Positions 9,941 to 18,897 of a stretch of DNA of 64,000 nucleotides are shown one piece after another. A program made the position numbers and the translations under genes. Every line of letters starts with the position of its first letter. Positions within the stretch are counted from its first letter, which is position 1. Source of the DNA: Pseudomonadota bacterium (GTDB lineage: Bacteria > Pseudomonadota > Gammaproteobacteria > JAKAQQ01); assembly GCA_021798115.1 (NCBI GenBank), contig JAJZYM010000008.1:3709-67708 (forward strand), written 5' to 3'. The notes below the pieces were generated by a model. It worked only from the letters and a program-made list of their open reading frames with translations. It searched no databases and had not been told where the DNA came from.

Positions 9941-10513
9941 TCAACCGCCGAAATAGCCGGGGAGAATCTTCCGGTGGCTGCTCGGGGGGTCGCCGGCTAT
10001 CAAGGCCTTCTCGGTGGTCACGATGATCACCCCCGCCATCGGAACCGGGAACCCGTGGACCCCCGGCCGCTTGATCGGAACGTAGACGTTCCCGGGGGCC
10101 TTCTTGAGCTCCGCGTGAACTGGGCAGAAATAATAGTACACACCGGGTTTGGTGAACCGGACCCGGTAGGTCGAGACGGGGTGAGCGGGACCCGGCGTCC
10201 CCATGAGAGACCCGCTGAACTTGGGGTTGACCTTGCCCGTCAGTGGGTTGTAGCCGAGGACCATGTGCATGCCGGTGTCCTCGTTCACGAACACCACCGG
10301 CTGGCCCGGCGCCACCGCCACGACGTTCTCAAGAAACATGTTGTGGCCGTTCATATGAACGTAGACGGGCGAGGGGGATGCGGCAACCGGCACCGAGGCT
10401 TTGGTTTCGGGCCTTTTCGCCGAGGAACAGCCCCCGAGAAAAAAGAGGATTGAGGCCGCAGCCACCAGCGCAAGCCGTGGGGTGGAGGACGTGACGTGTC
10501 GGGAGCCAAACAT
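9941..10513 (-). CDS. Cupredoxin-like domain lipoprotein (putative copper-binding)
   Basis: A lipobox (LFFLGGCSS) follows the trimmed start MFGSR. YYYFCPVH is a cupredoxin-type ligand region. The 298-aa ORF upstream extension is ignored. Confidence 0.5.
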   Translation of the reverse strand: MFGSRHVTSSTPRLALVAAASILFFLGGCSSAKRPETKASVPVAASPSPVYVHMNGHNMFLENVVAVAPGQPVVFVNEDTGMHMVLGYNPLTGKVNPKFSGSLMGTPGPAHPVSTYRVRFTKPGVYYYFCPVHAELKKAPGNVYVPIKRPGVHGFPVPMAGVIIVTTEKALIAGDPPSSHRKILPGYFGG

Positions 10514-10858
10514 GAGAGAGCACCGTCGGTGGGGAATCACAGGCATTTTATCGCAGTGCCCCACGGAAATACCGCGAACAGTCGACACACCCCAAGGGGG
10601 ATCGCCGCGACACGCCGCACGACCGACCTGTCCATGTTGCGATGGCTTGAAGATTCCCTGCCCGTGGAACCGAGGATTCCCCCGCCCTCCCTCCTCACGA
10701 CCTCCCCCGATGCCTCCTCCAAGAAACAGTCCGCACGTTCGTATCCCGGGCGAGCGTCCCCCGATCGTTGACGCTCTGAAAAGCATGCGTTGTGGTGAGC
10801 GACACGTGCCGGGGCAGGAAAAGAGCCCTGGGCGCATTCCCGCGATCGGAGATCCCCC

Positions 10859-11215
10859 TCAGACCCTGGGCGCGGGTTCCACAACCACGGCCGTCCCATA
10901 CGCCACCACTTCATTCATGGCCTGTCCCTGTCCCGCGTCAAACTCCCCCGAATCGAAGCGCATCGCGAGAACGGCGTTGGCCCCCAAGGAACGGGCGTGT
11001 TCGGCCAGCTGCGAAAGAGCTTCATCGCGCGTGGCGGAGACCATCTTGAGATAGCCGGTTTGTTGCCCGCCGATGACCGCACGGAGCCCCCCCAGGAAGT
11101 TGCCCACGATGGAGCGGGAACGCACCGAAGTGCCGTAGACCGGGCCGAGCACACGCGTCACACGCATTCCCGGATAGTCGTTGGTGGTGAGGATGGTGCA
11201 CGAGGTCTCAGCCAT
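10859..11215 (-). CDS. ybjQ: YbjQ/UPF0145 family protein (putative heavy-metal-binding)
   Basis: Alignable by eye with E. coli YbjQ across the full length (VGNFLGGLRAVIGG...LGANAVLAMRFD...VAYGTAVVV). Confidence 0.75.
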   Translation of the reverse strand: MAETSCTILTTNDYPGMRVTRVLGPVYGTSVRSRSIVGNFLGGLRAVIGGQQTGYLKMVSATRDEALSQLAEHARSLGANAVLAMRFDSGEFDAGQGQAMNEVVAYGTAVVVEPAPRV

Positions 11216-11377
11216 CGCAGGATCCTCCAAAGAACAGCAAAAAGATGGCTCATCCTAGCACCGGCCAGTCGTTCGCATCCCCCCGACCCGGCTGAAGCGC
11301 TTGGCTGACCCAAACCCTCTCCGCCCACGCAAACGCTTCGAGCGGTGGTGCCGGAGGAATAGATATGGTGCCCAGAT

Positions 11378-11461
11378 ATGGTGCCCAGGGCGGGATCGAA
11401 CCCGCACGACCTTCGTCGAGGGATTTTAAGCCCCTTGCGTCTATCGTCCCGCCACCCGGCC
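11378..11461 (-). pseudogene. Degenerate tRNA-Leu(TAA)-like copy (probable tRNA pseudogene or integration/duplication scar)
   Basis: About 90% identical to the intact tRNA-Leu at 27049-27132, including the anticodon loop cttaaaatc. It has a 1-nt deletion in the T-arm (ggttcgatcc versus ggttcgaatcc). The 5' acceptor strand is disrupted (gccggg versus gcccggg). A 13-bp tandem repeat, atatggtgcccag, lies at the 3' CCA end. Confidence 0.45.
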
Positions 11462-11520
11462 CCCCCCCGCCTGCGTCTCCTTCTACATGGACGTGGCCGT
11501 TCCGCTCTTTCACCCCCGCC

Positions 11521-11600
11521 GGAGATAGCCGGGTGATCGCCCCCCGAAGGATGCACGGAGCCCGCCCAGAAAGTTGCTCACGATGGTGCGTCAACACACC
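11521..11600. repeat. Diverged partial duplicate of an internal ybjQ segment (compare 11041-11113)
   Basis: gagatagccgg...cacggagccc...cag(g/a)aagttgc(c/t)cacgatgg is shared between 11046-11113 and 11527-11594 at roughly 75% identity. The second copy lies in non-coding DNA beyond the tRNA-Leu-like remnant. Confidence 0.35.
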
Positions 11601-11862
11601 GGCGTGCGTGAACCGCACTCGGCACTCGTCAACCTTAAGCGATGGCCGGATCCTCTCGTGCAGACTGGGACAACCGCTCATTCCAAGATGGACTTTCCAA
11701 TTCCACCCGCAGCCCATACCGTGGCCGATGTCCAAGCACACTTTTCAAGCACACTTCCCGTTGAGTCCCATCGGGCATTCATGAAATTCGAATCCGTCTC
11801 TGCTACCTTGTACCGGCTACCCTATCCGTGTTGTCCCGACCTCGTCGGCACACCAGCCACAC

Positions 11863-12204
11863 ATGGATCCTCTCCTTCTCAAAATTTTCCCACGACATGC
11901 GAGCCGCTCCGGATCCGAGGAGGCGATCGACATCGCCGCTCGCTTACGCGCCTATTGGCATCGGCTGGATCTCTCCGGCGAGCCCCGTGTCCCCAACCGG
12001 GCCGGGGAGAAACCGGTCAGCCTTGAGATCGCACTCGCCGAGCTACGCGCCGACCTGGCCAAAGACTACTCGGGCGACTTCCTCGCCTATCGTCTCGCGA
12101 ATCATTTTGGCGCGCGAGAGGAAGATTTCCAATGCCCGCCACTTTCAAGACAACCCCTGTCCGTGGCATTGTTTGAGGCTCATTGGCTTCCAGGGCAGTC
12201 GTGA
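11863..12204 (+). CDS. Possible detached N-terminal (cytoplasmic) segment of OpgH in a different frame (frameshift candidate)
   Basis: This 113-aa ORF ends 21 nt inside the start of the opgH ORF in another frame. E. coli OpgH has roughly 140 additional N-terminal residues that are missing from the 12183 ORF. No family motif was recognised in this fragment. Confidence 0.3.
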   Translation: MDPLLLKIFPRHASRSGSEEAIDIAARLRAYWHRLDLSGEPRVPNRAGEKPVSLEIALAELRADLAKDYSGDFLAYRLANHFGAREEDFQCPPLSRQPLSVALFEAHWLPGQS

Positions 12205-14267
12205 ACTCCCGTCGGTATTCCGAGTGGACCCGACACGCGTGGAGGAGGCGGGCCGCGCTTGCCGTTCTGGTGTTCGTGCCCGCGTTCGTGGCCAGCGTGT
12301 ACATGGCGGGGGCCTTGCCTTCACCCGGGAACCCCTGGCTGGATGGAGCCACGGTGCTCCTTTTCGGGATTCTGACCGCGTGGATTGCGGTCGGCTTCTG
12401 GACCGCCGTGTTCGGTTTCGGGGTTCTTCTCGGCCGACGTGCAACCACTTTTCTCGTGCAGGATTCATCGTCTTCATCACCGTGCATGACAGCTCTCGTC
12501 TGGCCGATTTATCGCGAACCACCCGAACGGGTTACCGCGGCCATCGAAGTGCTCTATCGAGGGCTTGAGCAGGCCGGCCAACTCGACGGATTTGAGTTCT
12601 ACATCCTCTCCGACACGGACGACCCGGACGCCTTTGTCCGTGAGCAGTGGGCCTGGGCCGAGGTTTGCCACACATTGGGGGCGTTCGGGCGAATTCACTA
12701 TCGCCGCCGCCGCAACAACATCAAGAAAAAAACCGGAAACATCGCGGATTTTCTCAGGCGATGGGGCCGCCGTTTCACCTATTTCGCCGTCATGGACGCC
12801 GACAGCCTGATGTCCGCCTCGTGCCTGCTCCGCATGGTCGCGCTGATGCAGGCCAACCCCACGGTCGGGATCATGCAAAGCGTCCCGGGGGTTGTCCGCC
12901 AAAAAACGCTTTTTTCCCGCATCCAGCAGTTCAGTAACCGACTCTACGCCAACATGTATGCCGCGGGGTTGTCGTTCTGGCAGCTGGGCGACAGCTACTA
13001 CTGGGGACATAACGCGGTAATCCGTACCGCGCCCTTCATTGCGCACTGCCAACTTCCGCGGTTGCCCGGCCGCCTGGTGCTTTCCGGAGACATCCTGAGC
13101 CACGACTTCGTGGAAGCGGCACTGATGCGCCGCGCCGGATGGTCGGTCTGGCTGGTGCCCGACCTCGACGGGAGTTGGGAAGAGACGCCGCCCACGCTGC
13201 CCGACGAACTCAAGCGTGACCGCCGCTGGTGCTACGGCAATTTGCAGCACCTGCGCCTGCTTTTTGCCAAAGGATTGTTGGCCACCCACCGGCTGATGTT
13301 CGTGAACGGGGCGATGTCCTATGTCGCTTCCGTGTTCTGGCTGCTTTATCTCGTGATGGGGACAGCCGTCATTGCCTGGCACGCGCTCGTTCCCCCCAGC
13401 TACTTTCCCGCCGGGCACGGCTTGTTCCCGGTCTGGCCGGTCTGGCATGAACATCTCGCCGCGATCCTCCTGACCGTGAGTGTGGTGATCTTGTTTCTGC
13501 CGAAACTTCTGGGCCTGCTCCTGGTGATGATCCAGAAACGCACCACCCTCTACGGAGGCACGGCGCGGCTGTGCGCAAGCGTCGTTCTGGAGATTCTTTA
13601 TTCCATGCTGCTCGCCCCGGTCCGCATGCTCTACCACAGCTGGTTTGTGCTCTCTTCACTTTTCGGCAAGCGTGTGCAGTGGGGCCGCCAGGAGCGGACC
13701 GCTCAGGGGCGTCGCGGGATTCAAACCGTCATGATCCATTTTGTGGTCGCGCTGGTGGCTTTTGTCTGGATCGGCCTGGTGGCCGCCTTGAATCCCGCCT
13801 ATTTGCCGTGGCTCGCCCCGGTGGTTTTGGCTCTGATCTTCGGAATCCCCGTGACGCTTCTGGTCCAGACCGTGAACGCCGGACGGTGGGCCCGCAACGC
13901 CGGACTGTTTGTGACCCCGGAAGAAATTGACCCCCCCGAAGAACTCCGTTTGTTTGAGCGTACGCTCAGGGAACGGGACGCGGCAAACGTCCGGGCCCAA
14001 CGGGGGTTCGTGGCCGCGATCATCGATCCCTACGTCAACGCCGTTTGCGTTGCGCGGCTCCGGCCCACGGCACGATGCTACAATAAGGAAATCGGCTTGA
14101 CGCGCGCACTGTACGCCGTGAGACTTCTGGAACACGGCCCCCAGGGTTTGGACCGGAACGAGCGGTTTGCGATTCTCAACGACAGGCTCCTGTTGACGGA
14201 GGCGCATGAACGTGTTTGGATTCTTGGAGAACCTCAAGAACAATCTTGGGGTCTCCAGCAAGCGTAA
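12183..14267 (+). CDS. opgH: Glucans biosynthesis glucosyltransferase H (GT2, OPG backbone synthase)
   Basis: Colinear with E. coli OpgH/MdoH across the catalytic and transmembrane regions (YILSDTDDPD, IHYRRRRNNIKKKTGNIADF, QLGDSYYWGHNAVIR, ELKRDRRWCYGNLQH). Confidence 0.85.
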   Translation: MASRAVVNSRRYSEWTRHAWRRRAALAVLVFVPAFVASVYMAGALPSPGNPWLDGATVLLFGILTAWIAVGFWTAVFGFGVLLGRRATTFLVQDSSSSSPCMTALVWPIYREPPERVTAAIEVLYRGLEQAGQLDGFEFYILSDTDDPDAFVREQWAWAEVCHTLGAFGRIHYRRRRNNIKKKTGNIADFLRRWGRRFTYFAVMDADSLMSASCLLRMVALMQANPTVGIMQSVPGVVRQKTLFSRIQQFSNRLYANMYAAGLSFWQLGDSYYWGHNAVIRTAPFIAHCQLPRLPGRLVLSGDILSHDFVEAALMRRAGWSVWLVPDLDGSWEETPPTLPDELKRDRRWCYGNLQHLRLLFAKGLLATHRLMFVNGAMSYVASVFWLLYLVMGTAVIAWHALVPPSYFPAGHGLFPVWPVWHEHLAAILLTVSVVILFLPKLLGLLLVMIQKRTTLYGGTARLCASVVLEILYSMLLAPVRMLYHSWFVLSSLFGKRVQWGRQERTAQGRRGIQTVMIHFVVALVAFVWIGLVAALNPAYLPWLAPVVLALIFGIPVTLLVQTVNAGRWARNAGLFVTPEEIDPPEELRLFERTLRERDAANVRAQRGFVAAIIDPYVNAVCVARLRPTARCYNKEIGLTRALYAVRLLEHGPQGLDRNERFAILNDRLLLTEAHERVWILGEPQEQSWGLQQA

Positions 14268-16071
14268 TTCCGTTCTGAGAGAGCGAAGGTCCCACCCGAA
14301 ATCCGGTCGATCGCTCCTCTGCCGGAGCCTGGGGGCGGTGGCGCTTCTCGGTCTTGCGGGCTGCGCGTCGGTTTCGTCCGTGCACAGACTTCAGGCCACC
14401 GCCCGAGCGACCCACGCCCAACTCGCGCACATCGAGTTCCAGGAGACAAGACTCGCACACGAGCTCCGCACGCTTCGCACCCATCTCGAATCGGGCCTTC
14501 GACGCATCCAGACGACACAAACCCTGCTCGCCACGCGCCTGGCATCCGCCACAGACCAAGCGCGAGCCGCCCTCATCAAGGCTCGAGAGGCCAACGAAGC
14601 CCTGCGGGTGACGCGCGCCCTGAACTCCGCACCTTCTTCCGCCGCCCACGCCAAGGGCGCCTGGCTTTTTGACAAGGTTCTGAATCAGGCCCGTCAGCTT
14701 GCGGGGGAAGCCTATGTTGCCCCTGCTCGGGCACCGGCGGCGGTGCGTGCAATCGGCCCGGCTGTCTTCCGTACCCTCCTCTGGCATGGAGCATTGCCGG
14801 GTTGGCCGGCCAAAGCCCGTTTCCGGCTTGCCTTCAAACCGGATGACTCTCGGTATGATCAGCCGGTCGCGATGTACGTGGTGGCCAACAAGCGTATTCT
14901 GCCGATCACCTTGAGGCCTGGGGATTTCAATTTCCCCGGCTCTCTGAGCCCCAAGCTTCCCTCCAGCCTCCCGGCCGCTGGATTTTCCGTCATCAGCCGC
15001 AGGCGCGGCCACGCCGCTTACGCCTTCCTGTCCTTTCTCGGAGCGAGTTACTTCCGGGTCCGTGGATGGCATGAGTCGTGGGGAAGCTGGTCCCGCGCGG
15101 TATCCCTCGACACCGCGGTGCCCAACCGGCGCGAGGAGTTCCCCACGTTCCGTGATTTCTGGATCGTGATTCCGCGGCCTTCGGCACGGACACTGACGAT
15201 CGTGGCCCTGCTTGATGGATCGAGCGTAACCGGCGCATTTCGGTTTCGCGCAACGCCGGGGCCGGACGCTCGGATTCGCGTGACGGCCGCCCTTTTTCTG
15301 CGCCGGCACGTACGTCTTCTTGGCATCGCTCCCTTGGTGAGCATGTATCTTCGGGGACGCATGCAACCGGAGCATCGTGCGACACTGCATCCCGCCGTCC
15401 ACTACGCCGACGGGTTGTCGTTCGAGACCAGAAACCGGCGCTGGGTCTGGTCGCCCCTCTTCAATCCGCGCTGGCAGAACGTTCGTGCGTTTTCCCTCCC
15501 GAACCCGCTTCGCTTCGGGCTGGTGCAACGCGATCGGCGCTTCGGGGCGTACCAGTCTTCCGATGCGGCCTGCCAAAAATGCCCAAGCCTCTGGATCGAC
15601 CCCCACGGTCACTGGGGAGACGGCCGTCTTGATCTTGTCGAAATTCCAAGCCACCGTGCGACGAATGCAAACATCGTGGCCTTTTGGGTTCCCGGCGTTC
15701 TTCCGCCCCCCAACAAGCCGCTGATCGTGCGATACACCCTTCGGTCTGGAGCGCGACACGACACGCCTCCCTCGCTGGGTTCCGTCCAGGAAACCCGCGA
15801 GACCCCTGCCGCGCATGGTCGCAGGATCTTCACGGTCTACTTTCGGGGAGAGGGGCTCGATCGGGTCCCCGCCTGGGTTCGGCTCAAACCCGTTGTCACG
15901 CTTCGCGGCCGGGGACGAACCCGCGATGTTTCGCTCGTGAAGCTTCCAAGCGTCGGGATGTGGCGCCTCCGATACACCGTGCCAGACCGGCCGGGTCTCA
16001 TCGTGAAAGCCTGGATCCGCTATCACAAGAAGCCCTTGAGCGAGATTTGGACGTATGAGATTCCGCGCTGA
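14206..16071 (+). CDS. OpgG/OpgD family periplasmic glucan biosynthesis protein with atypical N-terminal lipoprotein/coiled-coil extension
   Basis: The OpgG core is recognisable (GASYFR, FWI..P, GLVQRDRRFGAYQ, LVEIPS, NIVAFWVP). It is preceded by about 140 aa containing a lipobox (LLGLAGCAS) and a helical heptad-like stretch that classical OpgG lacks. Confidence 0.8.
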   Translation: MNVFGFLENLKNNLGVSSKRNSVLRERRSHPKSGRSLLCRSLGAVALLGLAGCASVSSVHRLQATARATHAQLAHIEFQETRLAHELRTLRTHLESGLRRIQTTQTLLATRLASATDQARAALIKAREANEALRVTRALNSAPSSAAHAKGAWLFDKVLNQARQLAGEAYVAPARAPAAVRAIGPAVFRTLLWHGALPGWPAKARFRLAFKPDDSRYDQPVAMYVVANKRILPITLRPGDFNFPGSLSPKLPSSLPAAGFSVISRRRGHAAYAFLSFLGASYFRVRGWHESWGSWSRAVSLDTAVPNRREEFPTFRDFWIVIPRPSARTLTIVALLDGSSVTGAFRFRATPGPDARIRVTAALFLRRHVRLLGIAPLVSMYLRGRMQPEHRATLHPAVHYADGLSFETRNRRWVWSPLFNPRWQNVRAFSLPNPLRFGLVQRDRRFGAYQSSDAACQKCPSLWIDPHGHWGDGRLDLVEIPSHRATNANIVAFWVPGVLPPPNKPLIVRYTLRSGARHDTPPSLGSVQETRETPAAHGRRIFTVYFRGEGLDRVPAWVRLKPVVTLRGRGRTRDVSLVKLPSVGMWRLRYTVPDRPGLIVKAWIRYHKKPLSEIWTYEIPR

Positions 16072-16648
16072 TTTCGACGGTTGGCATTGCATTCATCACA
16101 GCTCAGCAACCGAAAGGGTGACGGACGAACCGGCAGGCCCTCATGGAATTCACACCGTGACATCCCCATGCCGGGTCTCTGGTGTCCTGCGCTCGCCTCC
16201 TTGACATCATCGGCCCGACGGAGACACGGGTGACCTCCGAGGTGCTTTCTGCGACGGGTAGCGACGACATCCTCACGTCGTCACAATCTTGGATGGCGGC
16301 AAGAAACCGTGCCCCGTGGAGATTTTCCCCGCGATCTTTTGCAGCCACCAGGATTACCGGTCGACTTCAGACGATCGGTGTCCCAGAACCTGACGAGCTT
16401 GTTCATGATCACGGAACAACCCAAAGTGTCCACGCAACCACGACGGGAGGATGCGGACGTGCGTGTATCATGTGGCTCATGATCTCGATGACCGCCACCA
16501 CAGAAGACACGGACAACACGTGCGTATACGCAAGGAACCCCCAACGACCGTTCACCCGTCCTGTTGAAGCGCCGCTCTCCTCCCAAGGGAGGTGTTGCCG
16601 GATGATTGAACCGGGCGAGAGCGCGCCCGATTCCCTGGCCGGAATTCC

Positions 16649-18217
16649 GTGCGACGCCCGCGACTAGCCTTTCTGTGCGCTCTCGCACTCACCCCCGTCC
16701 TCGGGCGCGCGGCCCACGCGCGTTTTTCCTTTTCGGACGTCGTCCGTGAAGCCAAGGTGCTCGCCAAGACGCCGTACGTCGCCCCCCGGCCCGTCCCGGG
16801 ATTTCTGAGGCGACTCACCTACAACGCCTATCAGTCGATCCGCTTTATCCCGGCCAAAGCCATCTGGCGGAACCAGCATGCGCGATTCCAGGTGCAGCTC
16901 ATTTCTCCCGGACTCTATTACACGACGCCGATCCGGATCTTCACCGTTTCAAACGGCGTGAGTCGACCGCTCGCGTTTCACCGTGCGGATTTTTCCTATC
17001 CGTCCCAAACATTCGCGCAACACATTCCCCCGCATCTCGGATACGCGGGATTCAAACTCACCTATCCTCTCGTGGGACACCATCGTCACAACCAGTTCCT
17101 GGTTTTCGCGGGAGCGAGCTATTTCCGTGCCGTCGGTCGTCCCAACCGTTTCGGACTCTCCGCGCGGGGCATCGCGATCGACACCGCGTTCCCCCCGCAC
17201 GAGCAGTTTCCGGTGTTTGAAAAGTTCTGGATTATCAAACCCGCCCCCGAGGCCCGACGGATCCACGTCTACGCTCTTTTGAACGGACAGAGCGTCACAG
17301 GCGCCTACCGATTCATCATTCGCCCCGGCGAAGTCACCCGGATCGGAGTTCAGGCACGGCTGTTTTTCCGTCATCGTCCCCGCGTGCTCGGTATTGCCCC
17401 GTTGACCAGCATGTTTTTTTACGGCGTCGGGACGCCACGACCTGGCGGGGAATGGCGCCCGGCCGTTCACGATTCCGACGGACTCGAGATGGAGAACGGC
17501 GACGGCGAGTGGATTTGGCGGCCTTTGATCAACCCCCCCTCGTTTCAAGTGACCAGTTTTTCGCTGGACAACCCACGCGGGTTCGGCCTGGTTCAGCGCG
17601 ACGAACGATTCGTGAGCTATGAGGATCTCAACGCCGGCTACAACCTACGTCCAAGCGCTTGGGTGCTCCCGCGGGGGTCATGGGGACACGGGGATCTCGA
17701 GCTGGTTGAAATTCCCACTGCGTCAGAAACGGTCGACAACATCGTGTCGTACTGGGTCCCCGGCTTTAGGATCCGTACCGGACGAGAATACCGCTTCGCA
17801 TACCGACTCTTGTTCGGCAACGCCTCGGTCGCCAAGCCTCCCGGCGGGGCCGTGGTACAAACCTTCATCGGAGCGGGCCGAAACCCTGGCATGCCGTGCG
17901 ACACAAGTCGCCACACACTCCGATTCATTGTCGATTTCACGATTCCCAGAAGCGGGCTGGGCCGCCCGGTCCAAGGCGTTGTGACTGCGAATCCTCCGGC
18001 ACACGTGACGGCCATCAACGTCGTTCCCGCGCGAAACATCGGACAATCGCATCTTTCCTTTGACCGTCTGTCATTTCTGGTTCGAGTCCCACCAGGGCAC
18101 CCCCTTGAACTCAGGGCTTTCCTGAAAGATCAGGCCCAAACGCTCACAGAAACATGGAGCGAAATGTTGCCCGCGGACGCCATCCAGCCCCTGACGCAAA
18201 CTCCGGGCTGCCCTTGA
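16649..18217 (+). CDS. opgG: Glucans biosynthesis protein G (periplasmic)
   Basis: A classical signal peptide is followed by FSFSDVVREAKVLAKTPY, which matches the E. coli OpgG N-terminus. GFGLVQRDERF, LVEIPT and NIVSYWVP are also present. Confidence 0.85.
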   Translation: MRRPRLAFLCALALTPVLGRAAHARFSFSDVVREAKVLAKTPYVAPRPVPGFLRRLTYNAYQSIRFIPAKAIWRNQHARFQVQLISPGLYYTTPIRIFTVSNGVSRPLAFHRADFSYPSQTFAQHIPPHLGYAGFKLTYPLVGHHRHNQFLVFAGASYFRAVGRPNRFGLSARGIAIDTAFPPHEQFPVFEKFWIIKPAPEARRIHVYALLNGQSVTGAYRFIIRPGEVTRIGVQARLFFRHRPRVLGIAPLTSMFFYGVGTPRPGGEWRPAVHDSDGLEMENGDGEWIWRPLINPPSFQVTSFSLDNPRGFGLVQRDERFVSYEDLNAGYNLRPSAWVLPRGSWGHGDLELVEIPTASETVDNIVSYWVPGFRIRTGREYRFAYRLLFGNASVAKPPGGAVVQTFIGAGRNPGMPCDTSRHTLRFIVDFTIPRSGLGRPVQGVVTANPPAHVTAINVVPARNIGQSHLSFDRLSFLVRVPPGHPLELRAFLKDQAQTLTETWSEMLPADAIQPLTQTPGCP

Positions 18218-18560
18218 GACGCGCATCGATCACCTGACCGAAGCGGCTCGTCGAACCCCACGTACGGGCAAGCGCCCCGTCGAGTTCGTCGGTGACCGCG
18301 GCCCAAACAAAGATCGTGGACGCAAGCAGAGCCGCCCACCCGTGCGAGGCCAGAAAGTCCACGTCCACGAAGACCGGGACGAGCAGGATGCGTAGAAGCG
18401 TCAGGACGTTGGGGAGGCTAGGCGGACAATTCTTCATCAAGGAACCGGTAGACCCTCTCGGCAAGGATCCGATCGATCCCTGGAACCCGGTCGATGTCCT
18501 CCATCCCGCGCGCGCCAGGTCGCGCAGCCCCCAACGGCCGCGTTCCCTTCCTTCACAAGC
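18144..18560 (-). pseudogene. Diverged remnant of the uvrC 3' end plus the first ~73 codons of pgsA (truncated duplicate of 27545-27830)
   Basis: Its translation MKNCPPSLPNVLTLLRILLVPVF...AAVTDELDGALAR...RFGQVID matches the PgsA N-terminus and then diverges into a stop. Upstream, ...LRDLARAG... matches the UvrC C-terminus. The DNA is roughly 70-75% identical to the intact uvrC/pgsA junction. Confidence 0.6.
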
Positions 18561-18897
18561 GGGAGGCATCCGGACGGTGGGCAGCGTGTTCCGGTTGTAT
18601 AAGGGACAAGGCCCGCCCCCTGGACGGCGGAGGCGTGAAGCAAGACTGTCCGCCATTGCCGGGACGCCTCTCTCCGGTCGGCACTCTGACCTCGAGGTCC
18701 CGTTCCCACACCTCACATCCAGGGCGGCTCTCGCTGTTGTCTCGGAGTACTTTCGGTTTCTCCGCCGGTGCTGAAAGCTTCTTACTCTGCGCAGAGGTTG
18801 GTTCCAAACAGCAAGACCAAAATTCCTGCGGCGAGATCGCGGACACGAGCGGCAACTTCGTGAGATACTCACGACAACGAAGCTCGAGACTTCGCGC

